Shown: positions 22,711 to 35,460, numbered from the stretch's first letter. The stretch is DNA of 40,528 nucleotides from Octopus bimaculoides (GCF_001194135.2 NC_068983.1:112082389-112122916), one strand, 5' to 3'. Numbers and translations: made by a program. Notes: generated from the sequence alone by a model not told the origin.

Positions 22711-23371
22711 CCCATATTTGTTTTGATATCAATAATGAAAAAAATCGACCATGCTCGTAACAAATTTTGGGCCTGAAGCAAATTTTGTTCCAAGACCACT
22801 GTCTACAGATAGATTTCATTATATAATGTTCTAGTTACAGCATTATATCTCATAGGTAGGTAATTCTATGAGGACATTTACAAGCAGCTTCTTATGTCGT
22901 GTGTGACAGCCTTATTATCAATTCCACAAAACCTGCATTGGTTGTTGCATTTAGATGGTTTACCCACATTCCTATCCCTTTTGTGCATAAGTAGTGCAAA
23001 AATATATCTGTTAAAATGTGAGATAATATCTTGGTTGTTCTCCCTGAACCAACTACTCTGGTTTGTATCCAGCCTCTTTCCTGATGACCTCTTGTGGTTG
23101 GGTTGTGTAACTTCTGTGGTTGTATATCATCAGTCAGAGAATACTTTCTGATAAGCTCCTTAACATTTCATGTAATATTATTGTCCTCACATGCGCTCCA
23201 TGTCAGGGGTCTTTGACACTTAGAAATCAGTAGATGGCGTTAATGGGATATGATTCAATATTCAAATGCTATTTGATCGAGATTAAAACTCTGTTTCCTT
23301 GTTTTTATGTTAAATAAAAGTGGTTTACATCACTGTTGATATCGAAATTCCCGGTTTGGTTTTAACACTAA

Positions 23372-23447
23372 CTGCATAGAAATTAGGCGAGGAGTTTGCG
23401 ACGACGACGACGGCGACGGCAGCGGAACAGCGCGTGACTGCCGAAGC
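23372..23447. other. CpG-dense insert with (GAC)n inside LINE copy C
   Basis: GGCGAGGAGTTTGCGACGACGACGACGGCGACGGCAGCGGAACAGCGCG replaces ~39 nt expected from copy A. Confidence 0.7.
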
Positions 23448-23550
23448 CCCATTCAAATGACCTAAATACTGGCATGAGCTCTGTTACGTCAAACACATTG
23501 TGGGTTATAAATTCACTGCATGCACAAAGTTCAGAGGACCTCAGTAGTGT

Positions 23551-23922
23551 TTATAAAAATTATTCCAGCATTATAAGTTAATCATTACTGTGAAGCTTTA
23601 TTGATGTCAATCTTATTTCTTTAAATGCATCCACAGGGGTAATAAAATCCACAATTCATTAACTGATTTTCTATTCAGATATAACTTTCAATTTAAATGC
23701 TTAAAGATATGAAGATAAGTGAAGAAATTATAAACTGCAATGAAATATACAGTATCATACTTTTATTTAATCTAAGAAGTTCAATTAACGGAATGAAATG
23801 AAATTACAAATATGTGTGGCAATTAAAAGAAAACATGGAAAAAAATGAGATACAAATGTAATAGAAGGATGCTATGTAACAGTTCGTGGCATGTTTTCAA
23901 ATCTGATTGAGAATTTCAATGA
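23551..23922. other. AT-rich ~370-bp insertion in LINE copy C, flanked by AGTGT direct repeats
   Basis: LINE peptide homology stops at ~23925 and resumes at ~23545; AGTGT at 23546-50 and 23923-27. Confidence 0.5.
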
Positions 23923-24917
23923 AGTGTCTGGCGTTGTATTCCCTAGTTACACACTCCTTGTTACAGGCTCCATCATAGAAAATATATTCATTTATTCTTA
24001 AGTGCCTGTAGCAGATATCAGGGTAATACACAGACCAGTGATGATAATGTTACTTAGGTGGGCTTGTAGTTCACTCTCATTTTACAACCATGTAAAACAG
24101 TTATTTCGGCCAGACTCCAATTCTATATCTTTTGGGAATTCATAATTAGGCTAAGGCTTCCTTTTATACCATTCATACTCTCAGTGCATATTTTCAGATT
24201 GTTCACAAAGAAACTATGTGTTAGGTTAATGTTTCTGTTTTCCTGTGGGCCAATTGTATATCCTCCAGATTTCCTTGAAAAAAAAGATTGTGGGTTGCAG
24301 AAAGAGTAAACAGCATCACAAAATGTCTAGGTCCAAGCTGTGATCTAATTTTTATTCACACATCTCTGATATAGCAGTTTAGTTGATCAAGAGTTGTTTA
24401 GTACATCTTGAAACTCCTTTCGTTCTGGTTTCTTTTTCAACTGTGGTGATATGATAATATTAATGTTATCCCAGTGAATTGAAGGAACAGTTTCAGACAA
24501 GCTGTATACATTTTATGCATAGTATTTTGGCATGGAATTGCCTGTAGTTTAATGCATTTTGAGCAACACTGGTTTGGTAGGAGAAGATTTGTTTCTGCCA
24601 GCACTAATCAACATGTCTCCAATAAAATCCTGCTGATTAAAGTCAAAAAATGCCTCTGATAAAAGTTACATTTTTCTGTACCAGCACCTGACATTAAAGT
24701 CCACTTGTGATACTTTCCTTTTCTGAAGTTTACAATCACAATTTCAATGTTGTCCTCATTAATGTTGTATGCATTTAGCTTACTACAGAGACTGTAATTG
24801 TTCTGGACTTTTTCCATACACCCTGCATGCCTTTGCCTCGGACCCTATTTTTCTCTAGAATGATTCTATATCTTTCTGGGGAGATGTATGTATGTACGCA
24901 TGTGTGTGTGTGTGTGT

Positions 24918-25664
24918 TCTCTTTTTCGCTTTGATTTAGAATAAATTTTGACCGACTACCAACTTAGTAGCAAAGTTGTGATGGATAGCAACTTGTTTCA
25001 TTTGTCATCCTTTAAATCTTAAGAAGGTCTTGCAGATTTTTGTAGACCCAGATATTATGCTCATTTGTGTTCTTTACCCAAGTTCCCAAGTTCAGCTATA
25101 CTTTGCTGTGGATGGGTTGGTATGTATCCTATTACTCTACTACTAACAAATATGAAGCTGAAAGTGTATCTTGGATGCTGAATTTGCAAATTCTTTATCA
25201 ACGGTCCATATATGTCTTCTTTCTCTTGTATTTTTATAACCACAATGTATCCATAGGGTAGCTGATTTCCACAACAAAACATATTTTTTCCTTCTGGTCT
25301 CACACAATATCTGGCCAGTTATATTTTAACTTGGTAGATGTTTTCGTTTCTAAGTTCCACCAATATTCTTTTGATCCATTGGCTTCAATATGGTCTACTT
25401 CTTCTATAGGTGTTATCTTTCTTGATATCCTGTTCCAGACTGTTCAGGCTACTACCTTATGGAAAGATAATACCTGGAAAACATTCTCTTGTAGGTTGCA
25501 ATAATGTGGTTGATGTCTTCAGTCTTGGTCTTGTACAGTTTACCTTTGCTGTTAATGTTTCCTGCCTTTTATGTCATAGGTACTTAGTGGGGATATCTTG
25601 TTCCTGAGTTGCATAGAAGTAGCCTTTGAAGTGGGAGGTTATAAATTTTTGAATACTACATGCC
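24918..25664 (-). mobile_element. R4/Dong-clade LINE copy B (5'-truncated, endonuclease plus 3'UTR)
   Basis: TSHFKGYFYATQEQDIPTKYL, EYWWN, YNWPDIV...VVEISYP, KEDIYGPLIKNLQ, GSTKICKTFLRF*. Confidence 0.85.
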
Positions 25665-25695
<31 letters not shown>

Positions 25696-25931
25696 ATAGT
25701 GGATTTTCATCGATGAGTTCTTGAAAATTGGTTATTTTCCCTAAAACTATATATNNNNNNNNNNNNNNNNNNNNNNNNNNNNNNNNNNNNNNNNNNNNNN
25801 NNNNNNNNNNNNNNNNNNNNNNNNNNNNNNNNNNNNNNNNNNNNNNNNNNNNNNNNNNNNNNNNNNNNNNNNNNNNNNNNNNNNNNNNNNNNNNNNNNNN
25901 NNNNNNNNNNNNNNNNNNNNNNNNNNNNNNN

Positions 25932-25980
<49 letters not shown>

Positions 25981-25984
25981 TTGT

Positions 25985-28900
25985 ATGTCATTATTCAGTT
26001 TATTTCAATATTTCTTGCCAATAGAGAAAGAACCAGTTTCTAGCCTAGATCCAAAGCTCCTTCATTGGAATTCCAACATCAGCAATAAGGTATTTTTGTA
26101 TGTATGTATGTATGTATGTATGTGCAGATTTGTATGTTTTATGTATGTAATCTCATGCTTAGAGTTACATATCTAGACATGCTCATATATATTTAAATGA
26201 TAATCTTCTGGAAAGTTTTACAGATTTTTATAGTTCCAGTGATGGATTGGATCTGTAGTCTTCGAATTAGCTTTCTCCTTTATGGTTTTGAGAAGCCTAA
26301 TTTCTCAAGATTGGTATTTAGGCAGTGTGTTACATATCCCAGGACCCCAGTAATTACAGGTATAAATCCGAACTTATAATTTGGATAGAGTAACTGCAGA
26401 CTTCTCAATAGTTCAGCATTCCAAATCAGTATATCAGGTCTGTTGTGCTTACATTTTATTGAGGTTTTCACTGGTACATTCCACCAGTATTTCATCTTAT
26501 TATGAATGGCTATGGCTTCTACCATATTTTAAATTCTTATTTCTTTGTCCTCAGTATTATCCTTCCAACATATTTCATTACAGAGTGTCCTAGCTACAAC
26601 ATCATGTCCCATGAGAAGATGATACTATGATGACATTTTCAGACAACTGCTTATGATGTGGATGTGAACTCCACACATTTCAGTGTGAACTCCACACATT
26701 TTACAGCTTTTCTTGCATCTTTCTCCCTTTTGTGCATCAAGTATTTGGTTGATATTTCCTGCTCCTGGATTGCCAACACATACCCTTCAAAGTGGGAGGT
26801 AGTAATTGGCTATTGGTCCATGATAAACTGTTTTGATGATCGATGTTACTATCGTTATGGAGCTTTCTACTAACATATCTATGCATAGTCTTCTGCTCAT
26901 ATAGGCTCATCCTTGCATCTGATGATATGTTACAGTAAAGTCATGCGACTTCTTTGGGCATGTATTCTAGGTTATCAGACAAGAGTGTTGCTCAAGGAGC
27001 TGCCTTCCAAGTCTTAATGATGTTATCAGCCTCATGTATGCAAACTTGGTAAGGGATGTACTTCGACACTTGGTGGTTAAAAGATGTTGCTGAAGAGATA
27101 TGATGTGACATTCAAAAGCATTTTGGATTGATGTTAAACCTCTGCCATCTTGTTTTCATTTTAAATAGAGGTTGTCTATGTCACTGTTTATGTGGAAATT
27201 ATGTGTGCTGATTAGTATTTTTCAGGTTTTCGCATCATTGGCTCAGACCTCAACAAGTGTCCAATCAAGCAGGCCAAATGTTGGTATGAGCACTGAAACT
27301 GCAAACACATTGTGGGCCACTGTTTTATTGAATGCAGAAAGTTCTGAGGTCCAAATTTTCTTTATTCAGCTGTAATATTCTTTAGTGACACGTGTTTTGC
27401 CACAGATGCCATTGTAAGATATATTTTCATCCACCCCTAGATACTTGTAACATTCCTCCTCAGATACAGGGGAAACAGTGAAATCATTGATGGAGATGTT
27501 ACTAGTCTGGTTTATATTTTTCCCCCTTTTCACAACCATATAACAACATTTATCCTGTCCAAACTCCAGCGCTACATCCTTTGAGAATATTGTAACTAGG
27601 TCAAGGCTGTTTTTCATCTCATACATATTCTTTGCATAAAGTTTTAAGTCATCCACAAAGAAACAGTGTGTAATTTTGGTATTTTCGTTTCCTTGTGAAC
27701 CAGTGGAATATCCTCCAGACCTCCTTAACATGAATGACAAAGGGTTTACAGAAAGTATAAGCAACATCACAGAGAGGCTGTCTCCTTGGATACGCCTTTG
27801 TGATGCTGTATTCTATCGGTGATTGTACAGTCACTCTTTGCATTTAATTTCAAGATGGTGGCCCACGATGAAGTTAGGTCAACTATGGCTTCGACTATGC
27901 TCACTGGAACTTTAGCAAGTTGAAGGGCTTCTAGCATCCATGAGTAGGGAACAGAGTTAAAGGCTTTCTTGTAGTCTAGCCACATTGAAGCTAGGTTCCT
28001 CCTATGCTCTTCCACCTGTGACATCACAGTTTTGTTGATTAACAATTGCTTGGCATATCCTCAGACTCCTTTCCTCCCAACTGCTTCTTCTGCTCTGATA
28101 ATGTTGCTGGTTCCACAATGGTCCTGGAGGAAGAGGTTTAAACATGCTGTATATATCTTATGCATTAAGCTCTGGCATGCAATTAGCCGATAGTGTTTTG
28201 ACATGTGGGTGGTTCTGCATTTGGGGATCAATTTTGTCTCTGCCTGAGCTAACCAGTGTGGTATGCTATTGTTCCCAATACTGGTACAGATTGACAAGAT
28301 ATGGTCGGTAGAGTGTTAGCTTCTTGTCCCAATATCCAACAATCAAGTCTCTTCCAGGTGTTTTTCCATCCTGAAGTTTCTGGATCACAGTTGCAAGAGC
28401 TTCACCATCAATGTTGTATGTCTTGGATGTAACGCAGGAGCAATAACCTTTTCAGATTTCTGCCAGCCACAGAGCATCTTGGTTAAATTCCTTCTTTTCA
28501 CTCCAGGTTTTCCTCCAGAAGGAGTCTATGCCTTCTCGTGAAGGAGCTTCTGTGATGTTTACTCCTCCTCCTCTCATGTCTCTGTATACTGTTGCCTGTT
28601 TGCAGTTTAATTTTTTTTGTTTATTGTCCTTCTCTCGGTTATTCTCTTCTGATGACGGAGTTTTTCACTGACAGCTTTTAGCACCTGCTTGAGGGTAATC
28701 AGTTTGCAAGTGAATACCCTATTTTTGCTGTCTCCAAATATCATTTCTCTCTCCTTCTTTACTTTCTGTTGGTGGGATGTATTGTGATTTACTTGTTTGT
28801 ATGCAATAAGCATCATTGCACGACTTATGGTCTTCCATAAACCAGTTATCTTTTTCTATGTCTTCAAAATCCATAAGAGTACTTTCTTTGTTATTTCAGT

Positions 28901-29030
28901 TTTGTTTACTTTTTGAATATTATTCATGTACTGTTTTGCAGTAATATCCAGAGCATATAGACACATGTTAATCTGCAAGTATGTGGGTTCATCACACTGT
29001 TGTAAATACTCATCACCAATTTCATTAACT
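25985..29030 (-). mobile_element. R4/Dong-clade LINE copy A (~3 kb, 5'-truncated, frameshifted)
   Basis: GKTPGRDLIVGYW, ETKLIPK, YRLIAC, WLDYKKAFNSVPYSW, FFVDDLKLYA, CYKYLG, TSHFEGYVLAIQEQEISTKYL, NRPDILIW, FIPVITGVLGY, KICKTFQK; 3'UTR with internal (TACA)n. Confidence 0.95.
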
Positions 29031-29038
29031 TATGTATG

Positions 29039-29071
<33 letters not shown>

Positions 29072-29160
29072 GTGTACGTATGTATGTATGTGTATGCACG
29101 TATGTATGTGTGTGTGTACGTATGTATGTATGTATGTATGTATGAATGCATGCATGCATG
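29031..29160. repeat. (TATG)n-rich microsatellite
   Basis: Read directly. Confidence 0.95.
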
Positions 29161-29218
29161 CAAATACATGTAAATGTTATGTAATTATTCATGCACACAT
29201 TACAATTACATCATGGAT

Positions 29219-29365
29219 GAGCCATTTTAGCCACCTAAAGCAAATGGAAACTTTTGTATTGATTATTCCATTTATCTGGAAAGGTGTCAGTATTTTTGTC
29301 CCTTGTGATCACCGATACAATTCCACTGGAGTAACACTGTGTCAATTAAATGACTAAAATGGCTC
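29219..29365. mobile_element. Possible 147-bp MITE
   Basis: 12-bp perfect inverted ends GAGCCATTTTAG / CTAAAATGGCTC; no clear TSD. Confidence 0.4.
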
Positions 29366-29454
29366 TCAAGAGAGAATTTTTATTTCAAGGTCTCATATTA
29401 AGTGAAATACCAGACAATTGCAACTCTGAAATACACCCATTAAACACACACATG

Positions 29455-29555
29455 AAAGACTTCTGTATAGTTTACATGTACCAAATTTTACTCATAAGGT
29501 ATTGATCAACATGTGGCTGTAGTGGAAGGCATCTACAGTGCCATGTAGAAAAATT
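29455..29555 (-). mobile_element. Very degenerate type-1 SINE fragment
   Basis: TACCAAATTTTACTCATAAGG...GGCTGTAGTGGAAGGCA aligns to the reverse SINE body. Confidence 0.5.
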
Positions 29556-30099
29556 GAAAGCTGTATGGCAAGCATGGCTGGTATTCAGACAGAAACAATT
29601 CATGAGCCTTTAATATGTCTGTTTCCTATGTTTTTTTTTTTTATTAACCCAAGTCTATATTCTAATAATGATTGCTTTTGTTTTCCATTATCCTCACATT
29701 CTAGATAGCTCTGTTAATAGAACATTCTATATGTTTTCCTTTTAGGACTATTGGGATTGAGATATCTATTAGAAGATGCTTTCAATCTGCTGTTTTTGTC
29801 TAATAATAGTGTTATGGGAATTTGTTTTAGCTATCCAGTCAGTAGGAATATCCATGCTTTTGGAAAGTTTCTTATTCTATACTTCAAAAACCTATTCTTT
29901 TGTCTTTTGTTAATGCTGGCAAATATTTTGTGACTCGAAGCATTCGACTTCGTTGGGCTTATTTTTATAATCAGTTTTACATGGTGCTCAGACTAAATTT
30001 TTATTCAGAAACAGCTTGATACATTGCTGAATAGTCAATGGCATTGGAGAACATAAAATTAAAGTTATAGTTAAGAAAAAATTAGCTGGCATGGAGGGA

Positions 30100-30822
30100 T
30101 GGAAGCCATCTGAATATTAGAAATGATTTACATATATTATGATGATTTATGCCATATTTCAAAATGCTGACATCATGATAGCTGCCCAGTGTTCTGTGAA
30201 CAGTGTAAAGGCTGTAAGATGTGACATGAACGACTGCAGTGGAAATTATGAAGCTGTGGCCAGAAGAAAGGAATACAGCAAACGTTCTATGTCTGCATGC
30301 CAGAAGTCATGCAACAACCAATGAACAAGGCATTAGGCACAATTCAGATGGCCATGTGAAGTTGCCACAGACTGGTCAGACTCTGGCAGGAGAGGGTTGT
30401 TTCTTGAAGGCCATATGCATGGCAGCAGGATTCAGCTCCTTACCACACCTCTGGAAAAAGCCAGAAGTGATCATTGAAGTATTTCTACAACTTCATCAGC
30501 CCCAATTCTGGCCTCCTAAATCCACAAATAGTACTCCCATGGATTAATATGCTCTGACTGTAACACCAAAGCCAAGTTAGTGGCCAAGATCAAGGAGCTA
30601 TTTGATGATCTTTCCAGAGACATAGGGGTGAAAGCATGCATCAAGTTCTGAAGCTGTCTTGAGGCTGTGGTGGAAGTGAGGGCTACATTGAGTAAACAGT
30701 TATCGCTTAACAGTAATCTAGTTGGTATATTTTGATTTCTTGAAATACTTTTATTTTTGATGTGATATTGCATGTCCTTTTCCTTTTATACAAACTGTCA
30801 AATTTAGCCTGAACACCTTCTA
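30100..30822 (+). mobile_element. Internally deleted DD37D (maT-like) Tc1/mariner element
   Basis: N-terminal ...YEAVARRKEYSKRS and QQDSAPYHTSGKSQK...(F)WPPKS.NS.PMD, with 37 residues between the two Asp allowing for one 1-nt deletion; decayed right TIR near 30800-30822. Confidence 0.8.
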
Positions 30823-31217
30823 CATCAGGTCTAGTAACCTGAAATCATATGTTTACTTGTCATTAAATAACCCCCCACCCCATATTCTCCAGCTACTTCA
30901 GATTCTACTTCATAGGATTTTAGTTCAAAGGCAGTGATCTTAAACAATGTCAAGAAGCCTTTCTATTGAACTTCCCAATAACTATTTTGTTTTGTTTTTA
31001 TTTCTTCCTATTACCGCTCCTCCTATTGCTGCTGCGGCTACTGCCACTTATTGTTAATGATGAAAGAAGGTAAATTAAATAGAGTAACTGGTAAAATTCC
31101 AATGCTATGTTGTGTTCTTTTATGCTTCAGCTTGGCTTTTCATTCTTTTGGGGAGGAGGGTGGTGGATGATAAATGAATAGCTTTCATATACTGGGGATT
31201 GTTTTAAATCAACTATA

Positions 31218-31392
31218 GGCGCAGGAGTGGCTGTGTGGTAAGTAGCTTGCTTACCAACTACATGGTTCCGGGTTCAGTCCCACTGCATGGCACCTTTGGC
31301 AAGTGCCTTCTACTATAGCCTCAGACCGACCAAAGCCTTGTGAGTGGATTTGGTAGACGGAAACTGAAAGAAGCCCATTGTATATATGTATG

Positions 31393-31447
<55 letters not shown>

Positions 31448-31491
31448 GCGTNNNNNNNNNNNNNNNNNNNNNNNNNNNNNNNNNNNNNNNN

Positions 31492-31534
<43 letters not shown>

Positions 31535-31747
31535 GCGTTTGTGTGTCTGTGTTTGTCCCCCCACCATCGCTTGACAACCAATGCTGGTGTGTTTACGTCC
31601 CCGTAACTTACCGGTTCGGCAAAAAGAGACCGATAGAATAAGTACTAGGCTTCCAAAGAATAAGTCCTGGGGTCGATTAGCTCGACTAAAGGCGGTGCTC
31701 CAGCATGGCCACAGTCAAATGACTGAAACAAGTAAAAGAGTAAAGAA
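31218..31747 (+). mobile_element. Young full-length type-1 composite SINE
   Basis: A-box TGGCTGTGTGG (31228-38), B-box GGTTCAGTCCC (31271-81), CORE-like CCTTTGGCAAGT, internal (TA)n, 3' half, (GTAAAAGA)-like tail; many CpGs intact. Confidence 0.95.
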
Positions 31748-32234
31748 TATACATCCCATGCTCCCCAAATGTGGGACCTTCTCTTAATGCTAAAAATCAA
31801 TATTACGCTTATAATACTGTTTCTCTCTCTCTCTTTCTCTCTCTCTCTTTCTCTTTCTAAGTATTTATCCACCCATTATATAACTTTTTCAATTAATTAC
31901 TGTGTGCTTTCATTGCATAACCATGGCTATGCTCTGTATCCCATAGTACTATAGTAGTAATAATCTGTGAATGACATGGATAATGCCTATTAGTGCTTTA
32001 CCATTAATACTCTAATGTAAGTTGTATACTGTTCATAGTAGTGCTCTACATATAATGCCTTCTTGATAATGTCTGGGTGAGCTGTACATATAATATTCTA
32101 TATTAAATATGTTCTCATCTTTGCAGTGGTATATTGATAATGTTCAATCCATGATAAGGATAATTCCTTGTATGCAGTAATGTACCAATAAATAAGTGTT
32201 AAATAATAAATAATAACATGTAAGGTATGTATCA

Positions 32235-32445
32235 AGGCTGCAAACTGGCAAAGTCATTAGTATGCTGGGCAAGATGTTTAGCAGCATTTCAACTGTCTTG
32301 ACATTCTGAGTTCAAATCCCGCTGAGGCAGACTTTGCCTTTTATTCTTTTGGATCTGATAAAAGGAGTACCAATTGAGCACTGGGGCTGATTTAACTTAC
32401 TCCCCAAATTTGCTGGCCTTGTGCCAAAATTTGAAACCAATTTGT
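32235..32445 (+). mobile_element. Type-2 tRNA-derived SINE
   Basis: CTGGCAAAGTCATTAG head, GAGTTCAAATCCC B-box, CTTTGCCTTT...GATAAAAGGAGTACC..TTGAGCACTGGGG body. Confidence 0.85.
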
Positions 32446-33160
32446 AAGGTATGCATGACGTAAAAAAATGCTGTATTGTATGTTGTGTGCATCTTCATAA
32501 GATGAGTCTAGAACTCAGAAATACTAGGTTTTATGCTGTATAGGTGTGTAAATTGACTCTTCTCAAAGTATCTGTGAGCACAAAGGAGAAAATGACATGT
32601 TATGTTATTTCATTAATTTTAGCTTACATTATTTTCTCATTTTGTCTTTGAAAATCAAAGTTTAATTTTAGTGTTAGCATGAGATAAAGCAAGAAAGCTA
32701 CCAGAAGCTTTCTCTGTCCATAGATTTGTGATAGGCTCATTTTCTCCGTTAATAAGAATAGTCACTTGATGCTTCCGTCCTGGCTACAAAAGTCAATAAC
32801 TCAATATTCGAAGTGGTTTCTATGACTGATTTACTGACTGATAATAGCAGTGGCAGTGATTGGATTGCTCTAGTTGAGAGGTGATACTGATGCAATCATT
32901 GGCAACAGTATGTTAGGGTAGCAGGCCTAGCTGTTATGATGGAAGCTTTCACAGTGCTGGCAGTGGTATTGTTTAGAATTAAACAGTGCTGGTCAGAAGA
33001 ATAGGTAGAAATGAAAGTAGGCAGTGAACTGGTAATGTCGTTGCTTGATCATATTGTTTTGGTTCTCTGCACTTGTAAGTTCAAATCTTACTGTGACCAA
33101 CTTTGTCTTTAAACTCTTCAGATTTTATAAATGAAATATTTGTTGAATAATATTGTTAAA

Positions 33161-33195
<35 letters not shown>

Positions 33196-33502
33196 NNNNN
33201 NNNNNNNNNNNNNNNNNNNNNNNNNNNNNNNNNNNNNNNNNNNNNNNNNNNNNNNNNNNNNNNNNNNNNNNNNNNCTGTGGTTAAACTTGGAGGGACAAC
33301 AGATAGGCTCTGCCAAGCTTAAGAAAAAAAGATACCCACGTCTGTATCAGCAATTGTGGGTTCACAGAAGAGAAGACATTGCAATAGTAGATATGATGTT
33401 TCTGGTAATTTTGGAGGATGGGGTGGTGATATCGGTTGTGGTGGTGATGCGATAATTTGACTGTGCTGGCGGTGATGAGGGTGGTGGTAGTGGTGGCAGC
33501 AG

Positions 33503-33650
33503 AATAAGTACCAGGTTTTACAAAAGAAAAAAAAAACAATAAATAACAAGTACTGAGGTCAAATTCATTTAACTAAAATTCTTCAACGTGGTGCCCCAGC
33601 ATGGTCACACAATCTAATGACTGAAACAAGTAAAAGATAAGAGGCATAAA
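33503..33650 (+). mobile_element. Type-1 SINE 3' tail fragment
   Basis: AATAAGTACCAGG...GTGGTGCCCCAGCATGG...ATGACTGAAACAAGTAAAAGATAA. Confidence 0.8.
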
Positions 33651-33730
33651 ATAAAAAGATCCTGGTAATAAAAGAAATTGGGTTTCTATCCAGTATTCAC
33701 TCTACATTATATCTTTGCAGTGCTTAAGAT

Positions 33731-34116
33731 GTTGCTGTTGGCACTCCATCGCTTACGACGTCGAGGGTTCCAGTTGATCCGATCAACAGAACATCCTGCT
33801 CATGAAATTAACGTGCAAGTGGCTGAGCACTCCACAGACACGTGTACCTTTAACGTAGTTCTCGAGGATATTCAGCATGACACAGTGTGACAAGGCTGAC
33901 CCTTTGAATTACAGGCACAACAGAAACAGGAAGAAAAAGTGAGAGAAAGTTGTGGTGAAAGAGTACAGCAGGGTTCGCCACCATCCCCTGACGGAGCCTC
34001 GTGGAGCTTTAGGTGTTTTTGCTCAATAAACACTCACAGCACCTGGTCTGGGAATCGAAACCGTGATCCTATGATCGTGAGTCCACTGCCCTAACCACTG
34101 GGCCATTGCACCTCCA
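33731..34116 (-). mobile_element. Full-length type-3 tRNA-derived SINE with 13-bp TSD
   Basis: A-box TGGCCCAGTGG, B-box GTTTCGATTCC, (CAA)-like tail; TSD CAGTGCTTAAGAT at 33718-30 and 34117-29. Confidence 0.93.
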
Positions 34117-34279
34117 CAGTGCTTAAGATACATACACACCAACAGTACAACCTGTATGAACTCTTTCTACAGAGAGTTCACTTATTTTCTTCTACCAAAT
34201 TAATATTACTTAGAAATAATGCTGAAGTACATAGAGTTGACCATTCTATATTTCTTTTGTTTTTTTCCTTGCTTCCCTC

Positions 34280-34537
34280 TATCTCTCTCTCTCTCTCTCT
34301 TGCTCTCTTTATATATATATATGTATGTATGTATATATGTATGTATATTTCTCTATCTCTCTTGTGTATGCATGTATGTAATGAAGGAATAGATAATACA
34401 GTTGACGCTATTCTTGGACTTATATGTATATATATGTATATGTATATTTGTATGTATGTCTATATGCATATATATATACATATATTTATATATGCGTATA
34501 TATATGTATATACGTGTATATATATATATATATGTAC

Positions 34538-34578
<41 letters not shown>

Positions 34579-34619
34579 NNNNNNNNNNNNNNNNNNNNNN
34601 NNNNNNNNNNNNNNNNNNN

Positions 34620-34668
<49 letters not shown>
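34280..34668. repeat. (CT)n and (TA)/(TATG)n compound microsatellite with gap
   Basis: Read directly. Confidence 0.9.
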
Positions 34669-34669
<1 letters not shown>

Positions 34670-35181
34670 AAGTAAAATACATATATAGAGTATGTAAAAG
34701 ATATACTTAGAGTGTGTTGAAAGCTTTCACGAAACATATTCTAACACTAAGCAAGATGAATGTTTCTTTCAGCTAGGTAAACCAAACCATGGTATTATTT
34801 CTGAAACTAATCAGTTTTTCAATTTTTCCTGACATATCATTTGTCAAAAACATTGACTTTACCGAAAACAAGTCAGTCATGCCTATAGAAAACGCATTCT
34901 TGTTTTGTTTTTGCTTCAAGTTTTGTTTTAACACCTTCTTGTTTCTGTAAGATTTCAGACTTCAATTCAAGGAGAATGAACATTATTACTCTTTTGCTGT
35001 CACAGATACCATTGACTTAAATATATTGCCCTCTTAGATTTTTGTAGTTCAGTAAATCTGCTTGAAATTATAGTAACAGAGGATAAATAGCATTTCGTAC
35101 ATTGTGCCTTATGAGGTTAACACTAGTCATATTTGTTGGAATGTTAATGTTCCTAGACTACTTACATTTGCTGTTGCCTAA

Positions 35182-35376
35182 ACAGGTGTGGTTGTGTCGT
35201 AAGAAGTTTTGCTTTCCAAGTATGTGGCTCCAGGTTCAGTCCCACTGCTTGGTATCTCGGGCAGGCAGGCAGGTATCTTATACTATAGTGCCTGGCGGAC
35301 CAAAGCCTTTTGAATGGATTTGGTATACAGGAACTGAAAGAAGCTCATCACACACACACACACACANNNNNNNNNN

Positions 35377-35460
<84 letters not shown>

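Larger units (their letters stand above)
22800..24885 (-). mobile_element. R4/Dong-clade LINE copy C (decayed, with two internal insertions)
   Basis: PQKDIESF*RK, MHKMYTACLKLFLQ, KGVSRCTKQLLIN, THSFFVNNLK (FVDD-like), THNVFDV..LMP, GNFDINSDV, CRFCG...H.IRSC zinc knuckle; collinear with copy A. Confidence 0.85.

Noticed and set aside
21990-22760. 256-aa ORF as a functional or domesticated hAT gene
   Set aside because: It has a TTG start, upstream homologous sequence with stops and frameshifts, a truncated C-terminus, and read-through into (TAT)n.
23373-23452. Minus-strand ORF start MGLRQSRAVPLPSPSSSSQTPRLISM with a myristoylation-like MGxxxS and a GTTAGT donor
   Set aside because: The ATG is the out-of-frame Glu-Trp codon pair of LINE copy C and the donor lies at the LINE junction. 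Kozak context is poor, so it is a chance product of the CpG insert.
34040-34116. tRNA gene
   Set aside because: A and B boxes are present but continue into a SINE body with tail and TSD; no complete cloverleaf.
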